DNA from: Octopus sinensis
Taxonomy: Eukaryota
Direction of reading: 5' to 3'
NCBI RefSeq assembly: GCF_006345805.1
Contig: NC_043003.1
Span: forward strand, 80,042,001-80,106,000
Length of the DNA stretch: 64,000 nt
The notes under the pieces are model-generated. The model was not told the origin of the DNA. It did no database searches and saw only the letters and a program-made list of their open reading frames with translations. The position numbers were made by a program, and so were the translations under genes. Positions within the stretch are counted from its first letter, which is position 1, and each line of letters opens with the position of its first letter. Below, in pieces: positions 49,331-64,000 of the stretch.

Positions 49331-50564
49331 ATCATTTATATCTAATTATCAGAAAGAACAGTAGTTTTAAAAGTTTTGTGTTTCAAATTACTTCAAAATT
49401 AGTGGCAGGATTTGACTGTCTCATATAAATACAGCACACGACAAAACTTTGTGTTAAGCTTTTAAACGCGGAAAGTGAGTATATTTGCACACCATTTTTA
49501 TCATAGTTAACTGCAGAGAGTGGTTTTGACCAAGGGTTTTGAAAAACAAAACCTAACCCCCACCTTATACTGCGTGAAGCGGAGACACTCCTAGCAAAAA
49601 TTTTACACACACACACACAAACACACACATACACAGAGAGGAGTTTTCAGATTTCCTCCATATATTATTCATGTATTGCAGAGTAAGAACTAAATACTTT
49701 TAGTGATGGAAATAGAAACCGTACCTACAGGATATACTGAATAATTATTGCAGTAACAGAACATAAAAATGTTTTCTATTTTCGTAGATAATTAATATCA
49801 TTACGGGAATGACCATATTTGATTGCACAGTCGAAGCTTGTCACATCATTACAGAACATTGGTGACGTGAGCTGGTTTGTGCTACAAATCTGGAAATGCA
49901 CGTTCTTGATCTGCAACACTGACTTCTTTCAGCACAAGATAACGGTAAAAAAAGAGAAAAATCTTATTTTTTCTAAACTAGGATATGAAAAATAGAATTG
50001 CATGTAGTTTCAGCGGAACATATAGTATATGCTTTGGCGACCACTATATTATTAGTGAAACGCTCTATCTGAATTAGAACTTCATATATTTCCTTATGTG
50101 ATGTATTTTATCAAATTAAAGATCCTCCTCTGTTGCAAGTTTTCATTTCATATATTATCTTTTATGCAGTTATTGATTTGTTGCATACATTATTTTAAAG
50201 TTTCCATATGTTTAAAGGTTATGAATAAATAAAACATAGCAATCTGAACGAAAGTTAAAGCGTTGGCTAAATATAATGTTTTACATGTAGACAGTAAAAT
50301 GTAACTACATCGAGATTATAAAGATTAAATATAAACAATTTCAAAATGATGGTGTGATAGTTCATAGTTTACCGATCAATTTAGATAGAGAGTAAGATAT
50401 GACTTAAAGATTCAGCTTTAAAAACAACTCAGATACTAAATCAAGAAACAGTCAATGGATTTACATACGTGTACATAGACACATGTATACCGAAAATACA
50501 TACATACATACATGCATACAAACCTACATACATACACACACACACATAAAATTATATATATATA

Positions 50565-50595
<31 letters not shown>

Positions 50596-51093
50596 GGGGG
50601 CGTATAAGTTTGTATGCCTATCCTGTGTGTATGTTCATGAACGTAAAATATATGGGTATTTGTAAATAAGAATACATACTCAGATATACTCACAGATATG
50701 CAAATATATACGTGAATATAGATGTGTGTATGACTGCATACATATCCTGTATAATATGCATACACATACATACATACATAAATCAGACACGGACACACAA
50801 ACACACACTCTCGCATGTATAAAATTTTAGCACAGCCGTCTTTGTTTAGCAAGTAACATCACCTGAGACTGATTATGTGTGAAAATACACACAGAAACTG
50901 TGTTAGTACCTACATTGCAGAAAGGTGTCGAAATTTTCAGCATTTCGTACAAATGTATGTTCATAGCATTTTCACGAAAATATAAAGATTTGTATGTTCT
51001 TTAATTGCCAATATAACTTTAAGATGTTGTAATACTTATAAAGGTACACACACACATACAAATATGCACTCAAACACATGCATATGTAGATGA

Positions 51094-51124
<31 letters not shown>

Positions 51125-51669
51125 TATATATATATATATGGCGATTGCTCTACGCTTGCTTCCTTATTGTCGACGACATTTCTCACTTTCCGTCTGTACT
51201 ACTCTGGGTCAGAATCGATCTCGGAACAATGGTGATTAAGAGTTGGCCCCATATCCCTCAAAACTCTGGAACACCCGAATTGGATGAAGTTTAAATTCAT
51301 ACCCATGACAAAACACAAAACCTGTGTGTGTTGTACTCCCCTATGAAGTCGTGAAAATTGATGGAATCACTCTTGCACACGAGAACATCAAGCAGGTGAC
51401 AACTGACAGAAAAAAGGCCTGCACAATCACACACACACATATATATATATTCCTATGCGCACATAGACATATCGACACACGTTAATATATATACGTTTGT
51501 TTTCCTATGTTGAAATATTTAAAAGGTAATCCACCATACTCTAAGCATAGAGAAATACTTGTATTGAAGCGTTACATTGTTGCAGGTGTAGTTCATGAGG
51601 CAGAATATTTATATTTAATGAAGTGTCTTTCTCTAACAGAGGAATATTTCATAGGTTCTAAATATATGT

Positions 51670-51715
<46 letters not shown>

Positions 51716-52086
51716 CATATATGCACACACACATTCACTCACACACACACAAACATACACATATAACGGTAAATTACCATTTGTAACGCTAGATACATTT
51801 ATTCATTTTGAATTGTTATATCGATGATGTTGATGTTGCAAATATGGAAGAATAACACCGGTCAAAGTTGATGTTGACTTCAAATTTCACTTTACCACTA
51901 CATATTGTTATAGACAAACCTCAACGAGCAGGCATGACTTAAAAACAATAAAGTTATCTTTTCTCGTATGTTGTTGTATTTATGTTGGTCTTCTACTAAA
52001 ACAAGGGTCAGAGGAAGACAGAGTGAATATAAGTGTAGGAAGTGGATAGAATGATACTCATGATACTTTCATTGTGTTTGTCATTT

Positions 52087-52089
<3 letters not shown>

Positions 52090-52155
<66 letters not shown>
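52090..52155 (+). repeat. (GA)n microsatellite
   Basis: Seen directly. Confidence 0.98.
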
Positions 52156-52156
<1 letters not shown>

Positions 52157-52769
52157 GTTTGTTAGAAAAGAATAATGAGCTGGTGAGAAAGTAGTGTACG
52201 AACGTGGCGTTGGGACAAGACACAGTGACATAGTTACCATTCTAGCTGTTGAATTATCTGACTAAGTGAATTCTGCCTATGGTTGCCTCTGGTCATCTCT
52301 CTTCACCAACTAAATTTTCCTTACGGAATTTTAGTATTTCTAACAATGCAAGCTAGGTAAAAAGAGGGGATTTTGCAGAGCACAATAGATGTTCATTTGA
52401 GGTCAACCGTTATCTCACTTCAACTCTCCATCGCATACAGAAGGTTAGGAGGGTGAAGCGGAAAAGAAATAAATCGGTTTGGCAAAGCAATGTGTTCAAG
52501 GTAACTGGTGTCAACTATAATTTTTCTGTGAGAAAAGTGGTGTTGAAATGTTACGGGAAATTTGCTGATTCAGGTTCTAATTTACTCTATGCCTAAATGA
52601 AGTCACTACAAATATATATATATATATATATCTTTTGTTTCATGCATACATACATAAAAATATGATTAAAGATCCTTCCCAGGCCATTGACTCACAATTC
52701 GTTGACGCAAATTGCCACCCATCTCACCGGTTGAACCTCCGGTCAGTTGTAGGGTAGCTCCTTTTTACT

Positions 52770-52850
52770 ATCTCAGTAGACTGGAGAAACGTGAAATAAA
52801 AGGATTCGCTCAAGACCACAATGCAATGCCCTGTCCAGGCATCCAAACCA
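52770..52850 (-). mobile_element. SINE family A-like core fragment
   Basis: ctggagaaacgtgaaataaa....gctcaagaccacaa matches the core at 1620-1665. Confidence 0.55.
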
Positions 52851-53045
52851 TTATCATTATGTGTGAAGGAGCGACTTCACACATAGATACGTATATACAT
52901 ATAAACATACATACATACACACACACACGTATATACATAAATATATATATATATTTGTGTATGTGTGCGTGTGTGCGGAAGTATATGTATCTATCTATTC
53001 ATCCAGCTATTTGTCTATCTCTCTGTCTGTCCGTCTCTCACCTCC

Positions 53046-53118
<73 letters not shown>

Positions 53119-54104
53119 ATATATATATATATATATATATATCTGTATGTGTGTGTGTGTGTGTGCGTGCTTGCGCGCGCGTATATTCATAGGTTTGGTA
53201 TAACAAAACATAGTTAGAGTTCAATACATGAGTATATAGATTTTACTCATCAGAAAGTTACAGAAACTTACATGTACATAATCTGTTGTCATATTAGGAA
53301 CTCTTGGCTTTTGAGTAGCTTTTGTAATCTCCGTGAATAAAAATAGTGTAAACACACACGCATGCACACACACATACACACATACACAGCTGAATTCTTA
53401 TAATCCATTTACTTCGTCGCTGACTTCTATTTACAAGCCTACCGCCACTAATTATTTTTAATACTCTAGATTTATAGTTTTAATTGCGATGGAAGAACCC
53501 AATTATAGAAATATTATTTATATGGTTTAAAACATCTTCCTCTTGTACTTTTTGAAATGTTCCAGTTAATGTATATCTTCTGGTATTGGATCACGAATCA
53601 AAATAGGCTATTTTTCATCTTAAAAACTAGCCAAGCATGCATTTAGAACCTGGTTTATTGCACTGTTGTCATGTTTAGGTTAATGAAACGTTATAATGTT
53701 GATAGAGAATATATTTATCATTAATTAAAATTGCCGTATATTATAGTTTGTTTATTGACTGTTTTCTTAATTTTTAGAAGGGTGATTATCAAAATATTAA
53801 TTGAATCTTTTTTCTTTATTAACAAAGGAATAATTAAACGACAGCAATGTGTGAAAGTGATAGGAGTAATTTCACGCCAGCTCGAGTATTCCTATGCTCA
53901 ATTCCCCAAAGGTCATATATAATCCGGATGAAGCATTATTAGATCAGACAATTTCAGAATCTATAATATAATAAATATACTCCGTAACTTACTTTACGCG
54001 ACTGAAGCATAATCGCATCGGACTAGAAATCGGTGTTTTGTACCCGGTTAATATCATTTTCAATGTGCATAATTCTAGACCAAGTAGGTTGTTAATACTA
54101 TTCT

Positions 54105-54502
54105 TTTCTATTCTAAGCACAAGGCCCGAAATTTTGGGGTAGGGAGACAGTCAATTAGGTCGACCTCAGTAGGCAACTTGTACTTAATTTACCGACTCCG
54201 AAAGGATGAACGGCAAAGTCGACCTCGGCAGAATTTGATCTCAGAATGTAGCGGCAAGCAAAATACCTATTTCTTTATTATCCACAAGGGGCTAAACATA
54301 CAGGAGACAAACAAGGACAGACAAGCGGATTAAGTTGATTGCATCGACCCCAGTGCTTAACTGGTACTTAATTTATCGAACCCGAAAGGATGAAAGGTAG
54401 AGTCGACCTCGGCGGAATTTGAACTCAGAACGTAACGGCAGAGGAAAAAACGGCTACGCATTTCGCCCGGCGTGCTAACGTTTCTGCCAGTTCGCCGCCT
54501 TA
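54105..54502 (-). mobile_element. Dimeric SINE family C element
   Basis: Two tandem cores (aaagtcgacctcggc(a/g)gaatttga.ctcagaa at about 54215 and 54400) are joined by a linker. The intact head taaggcggcgaactggcagaaacgttagcacgccggg is at the right end. Confidence 0.85.
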
Positions 54503-55088
54503 GAAAACAAAAGTAATGTTTCCAGCTCTCTCTAGCTCCTATTATAACATCATATTTCATTTCCCCTGGCGTCAGTGATGTAAAAGGGAGATAGAGAGAA
54601 CAGATTTGAATCATATTTAGTCAGTATAATTTGCATAACTAAAAAAATAAAAAGAATGACCTAAGGCAAATCACTCAAATTAATCAATGACAAATTTTGA
54701 TAAATATTATTTTTGCTGGATACTGCACACATACACAAAACAAATCAGAATTGAAGTTTTCTTTTTATTTGGATAAAGCAAATGAAAAAATCTAAAGATA
54801 ATTGTTTGTGACTTACAAAGAAAAGGAGATATCATTTCAGCAAATTGATAATTCATTCCTCAAAAATTAATTTAAATACTTCGAGAAAATGCATGGTAGT
54901 TTTCAATCGACAACTATAAACATATTTTCTCCTACAACACTTTGTATATGTACCATAGTCTACTAAAGCCTGATATACACCTTAGTTTGTAGTAGTCTCT
55001 CTCGACTTCAAAATGAGTACGAGATATCTACAGTTAAGAAAAGGTGCTACTGCAAATAGCTAAAAAAATAAAGATAAAAATGAAAACT

Positions 55089-55430
55089 AATTTCAGCGTG
55101 GGTGGTGTTTATAAGCCATTTAAAGTCACACCAAAACCGTTAGGTTCACTTCAACATTTAAATCTAATTTGTCAAAATATTTTCATCGTTTTGAAACCGC
55201 GACCTGTTCTCTGATAAAATAGAGTGACGGAATCTTATCAGCGAAAAGGTCGCGGTCTCAAAGGGAGGAAAATATTTTGACAAATTAAATTAAAATTTTG
55301 AATTGAATCTAACGATTTTTGTTTCTTTAAATCGCTTATAAACACCCTCCACGCTGAAATTGTTTTAGTTTCAGCACAAAATCTCATATCAGGTCACTTG
55401 CTATGCAAGTGCATCTCCGTAAAAGATAAA
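55089..55430. mobile_element. Fold-back pLTR pair (about 128-bp arms, 17-nt spacer) with G3-type hammerhead-like motifs
   Basis: 55089-55217 is inverted relative to 55235-55361. Minus arm: TCA | GAGAACA | G | GTCGC-GGTTTCAAA-ACGAT | GAA | AATATT | T | TGA. The plus arm core is GCGAAAA. Confidence 0.65.
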
Positions 55431-55782
55431 ACTGTTTTCTGTTTACTGCTTTTAAGGAAGCCAACAGATATGAAACAGAAGCTAAAGCAAGTGAGCGTTT
55501 TGAAGAGAATATCTGAAAGAATAACAGAAACAATTGTAAAATAATAATTAAACAACATGCTCAATAGCAAGTGAAATATAATTCATCAGCTGCAGAGAGT
55601 TGTGTAAAACGAGGACAGAGGAAAAATCTTACATGATTATATACTTCGCAATGTGAAAAATATGCCAAAAAAATAATAAAACAAAAAATACAAGATGAAA
55701 AGAAAACGTTTGAGAATGTCAGTCGCAGGACCTACACGAAAATATACGGTATGAACCTTTAAAGTGGTATGAGTGATTACAA

Positions 55783-56024
55783 GAACGGTTCTCAACTACT
55801 TTTTACCTGTGGACCCCCTTTGATACATATTTTCCTCTACTGGACCCCACTAACCATGTTTAAATAAAAAAAAACTTTTATATTTTTGTAATTGAATACT
55901 ATTAGGAATTGATAAAAAAAATTGTTGAAATGTTTTAGGGATTACATGATTATGACCGATTTTATTCCAACAAAACCTTATATGGACTGGCAAGAGCCAT
56001 ATGGACCGCGGTTGAGGACCATTG
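55783..56024. mobile_element. hAT-type MITE (242 bp) with 8-bp target-site duplication
   Basis: TIRs GAACGGTTCTCAAC / GTTGAGGACCATTG (11/14 match, CAGTGGTTCTCAAC-type). Flanks GATTACAA (55775-82) and GATTGCAA (56025-32). Confidence 0.8.
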
Positions 56025-56524
56025 GATTGCAAGTAATTACTTAATTTTTTATTCTTAAACTAGAAATTAAATACTTTAAAATTCCACTAATTCAACGGTT
56101 CTATTCTAAATTTCTTTAAAAGGAGGATCAGTTTGAGAACAGTTACTAAGACAATTATTAGTGTTTCCTAGTAACTTTCTAACTTATAAATATCTAAATA
56201 TCCTTATTCGAATTTATCTACCAAAAGGTAAGCCGTATATCAATCCTCTCGAAATATAAGATATCGAAATACTCTATACTATAAAACCAAGTTAACCGTA
56301 AACAAATATACTGACTCATTAACAACAAAGGGAAATAATCAGAGGCATAACTTTGTACTGTAAATTCTCCAGCAAAGTAGATGCCAAACTCTTAAATGAG
56401 AAACTATATCTAATTCTGATTTAACCAACAAATCCAAACTGATTAGGGCAACAGAAACAACAGCGTACACCACAAATCAAGCGCAAGTGACATTACGAAA
56501 AATCAATATTCGGAATATAAGCGC

Positions 56525-56998
<474 letters not shown>

Positions 56999-58147
56999 AA
57001 CATTTTGCGTGGTCAAATATCCGGTAGCTTCTAGGTGCATACATCTTCAAGAAAATTGAGATCAGGTGACTGAGTGGCTAAGTTGTTTTGGAAAAGTCAC
57101 AATCTCAAGGGTAGGACAGAGACTGTGTTATCTATCTACCATGCTTTGGCCTAGTTTAGGTTTGATCAGATTAGAGTATTTGCTCTTTTACTTTTTGTGG
57201 AAGTTGAGTCGAAATGATTCCCGATATATTAGAAAACGTATTGAGTTTTTGTAGTGTTAAAGACCCTATAATTTAAAAAAGGAGAAATATTTATTTAGCG
57301 ATATTCATACCTTTCCGGTAGGTAATTAATGTATATTCGTTTCAAACTGAATTAATATTCTTGTTCATTCAAAGAATTGTCTTTAATGTTGAGCGCTATT
57401 GGTACAAAATTTGTTGATTGTTTCCATTTTTACAGTGTACAGGGTCCTTGAAAAGTGACGTAGGATTTCGTGACGTTCATTCATCTCACATTAGTTACTT
57501 AAATGATGTAAATTTGTACTGAAAGTAATACTGAAATCTCACTGGAATCCTCGATCGGCTATTAACATACTTCCGGTTCATAGGAGCGCGACCTCATTCG
57601 ATAAAGAATTCACGAATATATTACAAAAACAAAATATTGGAAAGATTGAGTTGCGGAACTGTAATAAAGAGGAAGAGAATGTCAACTTGTCAACCTTGTC
57701 TTTGCAGAAATTTTTTTTTTCATTCTTCTTTTCCATTCGATAACCAGAAATTAAGTTAACTGTTACATCGTGGAAAGAAAATTTTCTTAAAACTCAAAAA
57801 GAGATAGTGGGGTTGGGGAGGGGGGTAAAAAACAATAACAATCTAAAGCAAACATTTAATAGAATTACGACATTTTTTTTTTCTTTTCCTAACAACATAT
57901 TCTTCACAGTGAGTCTGTTATTTGCAAGAAAGAAAATCTTAACTTCATGTAGCTCTTGCTATTTTGTTTTGTTATTGATATCGGACATCTCAACAGTAAT
58001 CCGCTGTCAGTTTGGTTAAGTGTTGGCATATACAAAGAAAGAAAGAAATCGCATGTATAACTACATACGTAGGTAAAGAGAAATACAAAACCATTTCAAA
58101 CTCATACATGAGAAAACGCTGAGACACCATAACACCAAATAGACAAG

Positions 58148-60140
<1,993 letters not shown>

Positions 60141-61845
60141 TGTGAGTCTGCATGCGTGTGTGTGTGTGTTCATATGTATATATACATATTCATGCGTACG
60201 TGTGTATGAGTTTTTGTATGTACAAAGACACTCACATACACACATAGTTTGTGAAATGGTAATAGTGAAAAATAAATCACAAGTTAAAGAACGGTTTGAT
60301 ACAAATGTTATAACATCTGTTATTTTAGTTTCTCACCAGCATCACCAACTTTCGTGTTTTCTATTATCGACTTGATAATATACACGAAGTTTTATATAAA
60401 CCAGTATATATACGAATGAAGGTGTACCAAGTTGCCTATATGCTTAATTATTCGAAGTGACTATTCTTTCTTGTCTTGTTTTCTTTTGAGAATTTATTTT
60501 TGAATATTTTAATGTAATGACTAGTTTTAAAATTCAGTTTACAGCCAGAAATTTTAATTTCATTCTTTTGTGTAGCTTCTTCATCTTTTAGAATTCTATT
60601 TAATTCTATTTATGAAAAATAGTTTGTGAATGATTTGTTTTGCTAGAGAGTGAGAAATATCTCAAGAGGTCATATTAATTTTCTGCTGAAAATATATGAA
60701 GACCAAGATGCGCTTGATAAAGACAACAAGAATAAATAATTTTTTTTCATGTGCATGATATATGAATGTTAATAGCATTTAGAAGTTTTCTAGAAAATAT
60801 GTATGTTATATAAAGTGATTGTACCACAAATTGGATAGGAAATTATATAAGACACTGACAAAAAAGTTATGGAGATATTTTATCATTAATCTAGTCCTAC
60901 TTCCCACACAGCATAGTAAATCTGTGTTAGACTGTATTTGCTTGACATCTCTCATCTTCATTTCTAATGCAAGCTATAATCATAAATGCTGATGTGTTAA
61001 ATCTTTGTTAATGACAACTAACGTTTAGCAAAGTAATATTAGCGTAAAAAATATTTATGCAACAGATATTTCTGAGATAGTGGTGTAACAAACTAATAGA
61101 AAAATGAATTCCTGCTTAGTAATGAAATTGCTAGTATTAATGTTATAGACAAATTAAACAGAATTTCATTTTCCGGGAATAATTGAGGATATGTTTTGCT
61201 ACATACATTCAAAAATCTGTCATTTATGTAATATTTGATATCAACCAACATCTACATCATTCTGCATGCTAATAAAGACGACATTAGATATGCAGCGTGT
61301 TTAAATGATGAGGCGATATCAATCAACAAAGAATATGTTATCTATGAATTTTGATTCCAATAAATGTTGGAATATTTGACATTAAATTTCGGAAAAGTAA
61401 TTCCAGGTTTATATATCCATAAAGGCAATTGCTGGTTTTAAATTAAAATATTACAACGCCATTCAGACAAACATATTGTGGATGCTCACTTAGATATATG
61501 ATCAGTTTTCTATCATGAAGCTAGATGGTTGCTGTAATGTAATTGTAAATAGTGTATTATTTTATCTGATGCTACATTTCCATCAAGCAAATTTCAACCA
61601 CAATATTTTGCTGTCATTTATAATACCTCTCTGAATTATTTACCTCTCTATCTATCTCCTTTTCCCGTCTGTCTGTCTGTCTCATTCTCTCTATGTATGT
61701 ATGCATGTGTGTATCTATGTATGTATGTACGGATGTATGGATGGATAGTGGATTGATGGAGGCATCTGTTCATATATGCATGTATGTATGTACGCATGTA
61801 TGTATTTAAGTGTGTTTATATAGTCACATATATGCGTTGCATATA

Positions 61846-61858
61846 CATCTATCTATCA

Positions 61859-61938
<80 letters not shown>

Positions 61939-61939
61939 G

Positions 61940-62023
<84 letters not shown>

Positions 62024-62024
62024 A

Positions 62025-62098
<74 letters not shown>

Positions 62099-62145
62099 AT
62101 GACTGTCAGTCTGTTTGTCTGCCTTTCTGTCTGTCTGTCTTTCTT

Positions 62146-62183
<38 letters not shown>

Positions 62184-62250
62184 CATCTATCTATCTGTCT
62201 GTCTGTATGTTTAACTATGCATTTATCTATCTGTCTGTCTGTCTGACTGT
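61846..62250 (+). repeat. (ATCT)n/(GTCT)n array
   Basis: Seen directly. Confidence 0.98.
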
Positions 62251-62537
62251 CAGTCATGGACTCTTTTGTCGAAGACGACGTATGAGTCTTCAGCTTTTAC
62301 CGAACGACCTGCGCAAATGATTTGTTTATAGTGATCAAATGTATGTGTGGTACATTGGGTCACTCTCCCCATCAAATTGACGTTGTCTGAACTGGTGCAC
62401 TGTATCAGGTGTCTGAATAGGTGTACGCATCGGGTGCCGGAGTGAGATAAAGTGCTTCCTTTAAGAACAAAACGTGTCACCCTAGTTAGGAGTTGAAAGA
62501 TCCTGACCAACAACCTGACGACTAGGCCATGCTTCCT
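62250..62537 (-). mobile_element. Diverged tRNA/CORE-like SINE (separate subfamily)
   Basis: The minus strand starts GGAAGCATGGCCTAGTCGTCAGG (A box-like) and contains TTGTTCTTAAAGGAAGCACTTTATCTCAC (CORE-like). The 3' body differs from family A. Confidence 0.45.
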
Positions 62538-62674
62538 TGCATACATACATACATACATATATACATACATGCATACATACATACTTATATACATACATGC
62601 ATACATACATACATACACACACATATAGATGTAAATATAGATATATATACATAAATATATATGTATATATATAT

Positions 62675-63054
62675 ACTAGCAGTATCGCCCGGCGTTGCTC
62701 AGGTTTGTAAGGGAAATAACTATAAAGCATTTTTAGAGAGTTATAGCCAAAAAATAGCAAAAAAATGATGGTAAATTTTTTTTGAGTTACAAAAGGTTGA
62801 GTTGCGTCCCCTAGACAGTGGTTTGTTCTGTGGTTTGTTTCTGATTCTCGACCCCATGTCGATTTTATCGATTTTTTTCAGAACTGGGGGAACTTTTCAA
62901 AATTTTCGCTGCGTTAGTTTTGAATTATGACATTGGGCTATGTGTGTGTCAAGTTTCATCAGAATCGGTTGAAAGCCGTGGTCAGGGTGAGGGTACAAGC
63001 AAACAGACACACAGAAACACGCACAGACAAACTGCCGTTTATATATAGAGAGAT
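62675..63054 (+). mobile_element. Non-autonomous Helentron/DINE-1(Lep1)-like element inserted in (TA)n
   Basis: Starts ACTAGCAGTATCGCCCGGCGTTGCTC(A)GG (subterminal hairpin). Contains AAGTTTCATCAGAATCGGTTGAAAGCCGT and an ACAG/AC short repeat. Ends TTTATATATAGAGAGAT. No TIR/TSD. Confidence 0.6.
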
Positions 63055-64000
63055 ATATATCTTACATATATATACATATATACACACATATATATATATG
63101 AACAATCCGTTTTCGTTGGACTTTGAGCTTCACCGGGCAATGTATCGAATCGCCGCTGATGAATAAGCTGTCGAGCATATACTTACAAATACACACACGC
63201 CCCCCCCCCACACATAAGTATATAGATATATATGTACATATATATGCATTTATATATCTATATATATATACATACATGTAAACATACATGCGTACATGAT
63301 AAATACATATATATATATATATGTGTGCGTGTGTGTGCGTGCGTGTGTGTGTGTTTGTGTGTGTGTGTTTGTGTGTGTGTGTGTATTTCTGTGTATAAAC
63401 ATAAATATGGGAGCAAGCTTGCTGATTGAAGGCTCCACTCAGCAATAGGTGTACAGTAAAATTTATGTTAAATTTGTGCTGATGGGCTTTTCACTTCTGT
63501 CTGATAGCCTACTCATAACCAACTAAATGGTACCTAAAGTCCCAGTCAATATGAGTTATTTACGCACACACACTTACACACATTTAAACTGAACTTATCT
63601 TTCTAGTTTCAGGCCACATCGATCGTTAAGCTAGGACTGGTATTACTGTAAAATCCTAGTTGCACGTTACAATAAATCATATATGATACAAGGTACTACC
63701 TATTCTTAATCCATCAATAAAACATGACATTATAGTGGGTTATGCATAACAAGCATAGAGTGTCAGATATAGAAAGATAGATAGAGAGAAAGAGGGAGAG
63801 GGAGTGAAAAGCAAAAAAACATTCAGTGATAGAAAGAAATAGGAGGCTAGTTATAATTGCACTGCGAACTTTAAAAATGTTGAAGATATGCACTTTTCTA
63901 AAGCCTTTCAAGACCGGTTTGTCTGTCTGATTTCTCACTCTCCTCATCTTTTTGTAAACCTCTCTCCTCTTCCTCTGTTCTTTTCCCGTTCTCGTTATGT

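Noticed and set aside
57440-57600. TACAGGG... mariner/Tc1-like terminus (also CACGAGGGG at 19661)
   Set aside because: No partner TIR or coding remnant found.

Overview
AT-rich, microsatellite-saturated eukaryotic DNA with no host gene I can confidently identify. The SINE families and repeat style point to an octopus or other coleoid cephalopod; this is an inference from recalled repeat families, not a database match. Most ORF-track entries are translations of simple repeats. Recognisable content is mostly decayed mobile DNA: a Ty3/Gypsy integrase with a probable LTR, three R4/Dong-type LINE pieces next to (TAA)n, an L1/Tx1 endonuclease remnant, four Tc1/mariner relics, a hAT MITE, a long-TIR element, a Helentron/DINE-1-like element, many tRNA-derived SINEs of three or more families, a full-length decayed 5S rRNA copy, and at least three (probably four) Penelope-like element (PLE) bodies. 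The most striking unexplained layer is RNA structure. At least five unrelated hammerhead-ribozyme (HHR) motif families occur, mostly inside 58-130 bp fold-back inverted repeats. Several have non-canonical cores that keep the 3-8 base pair (U3-A8, G3-C8). An exact 467-bp tandem duplication carries two different HHRs per unit (retrozyme-like). A type III-topology HHR lies antisense within what appears to be decayed PLE coding sequence. PLE-associated minimal HHRs are established; the variant cores, the hairpin geometry and the two-ribozyme tandem unit are what merit testing.
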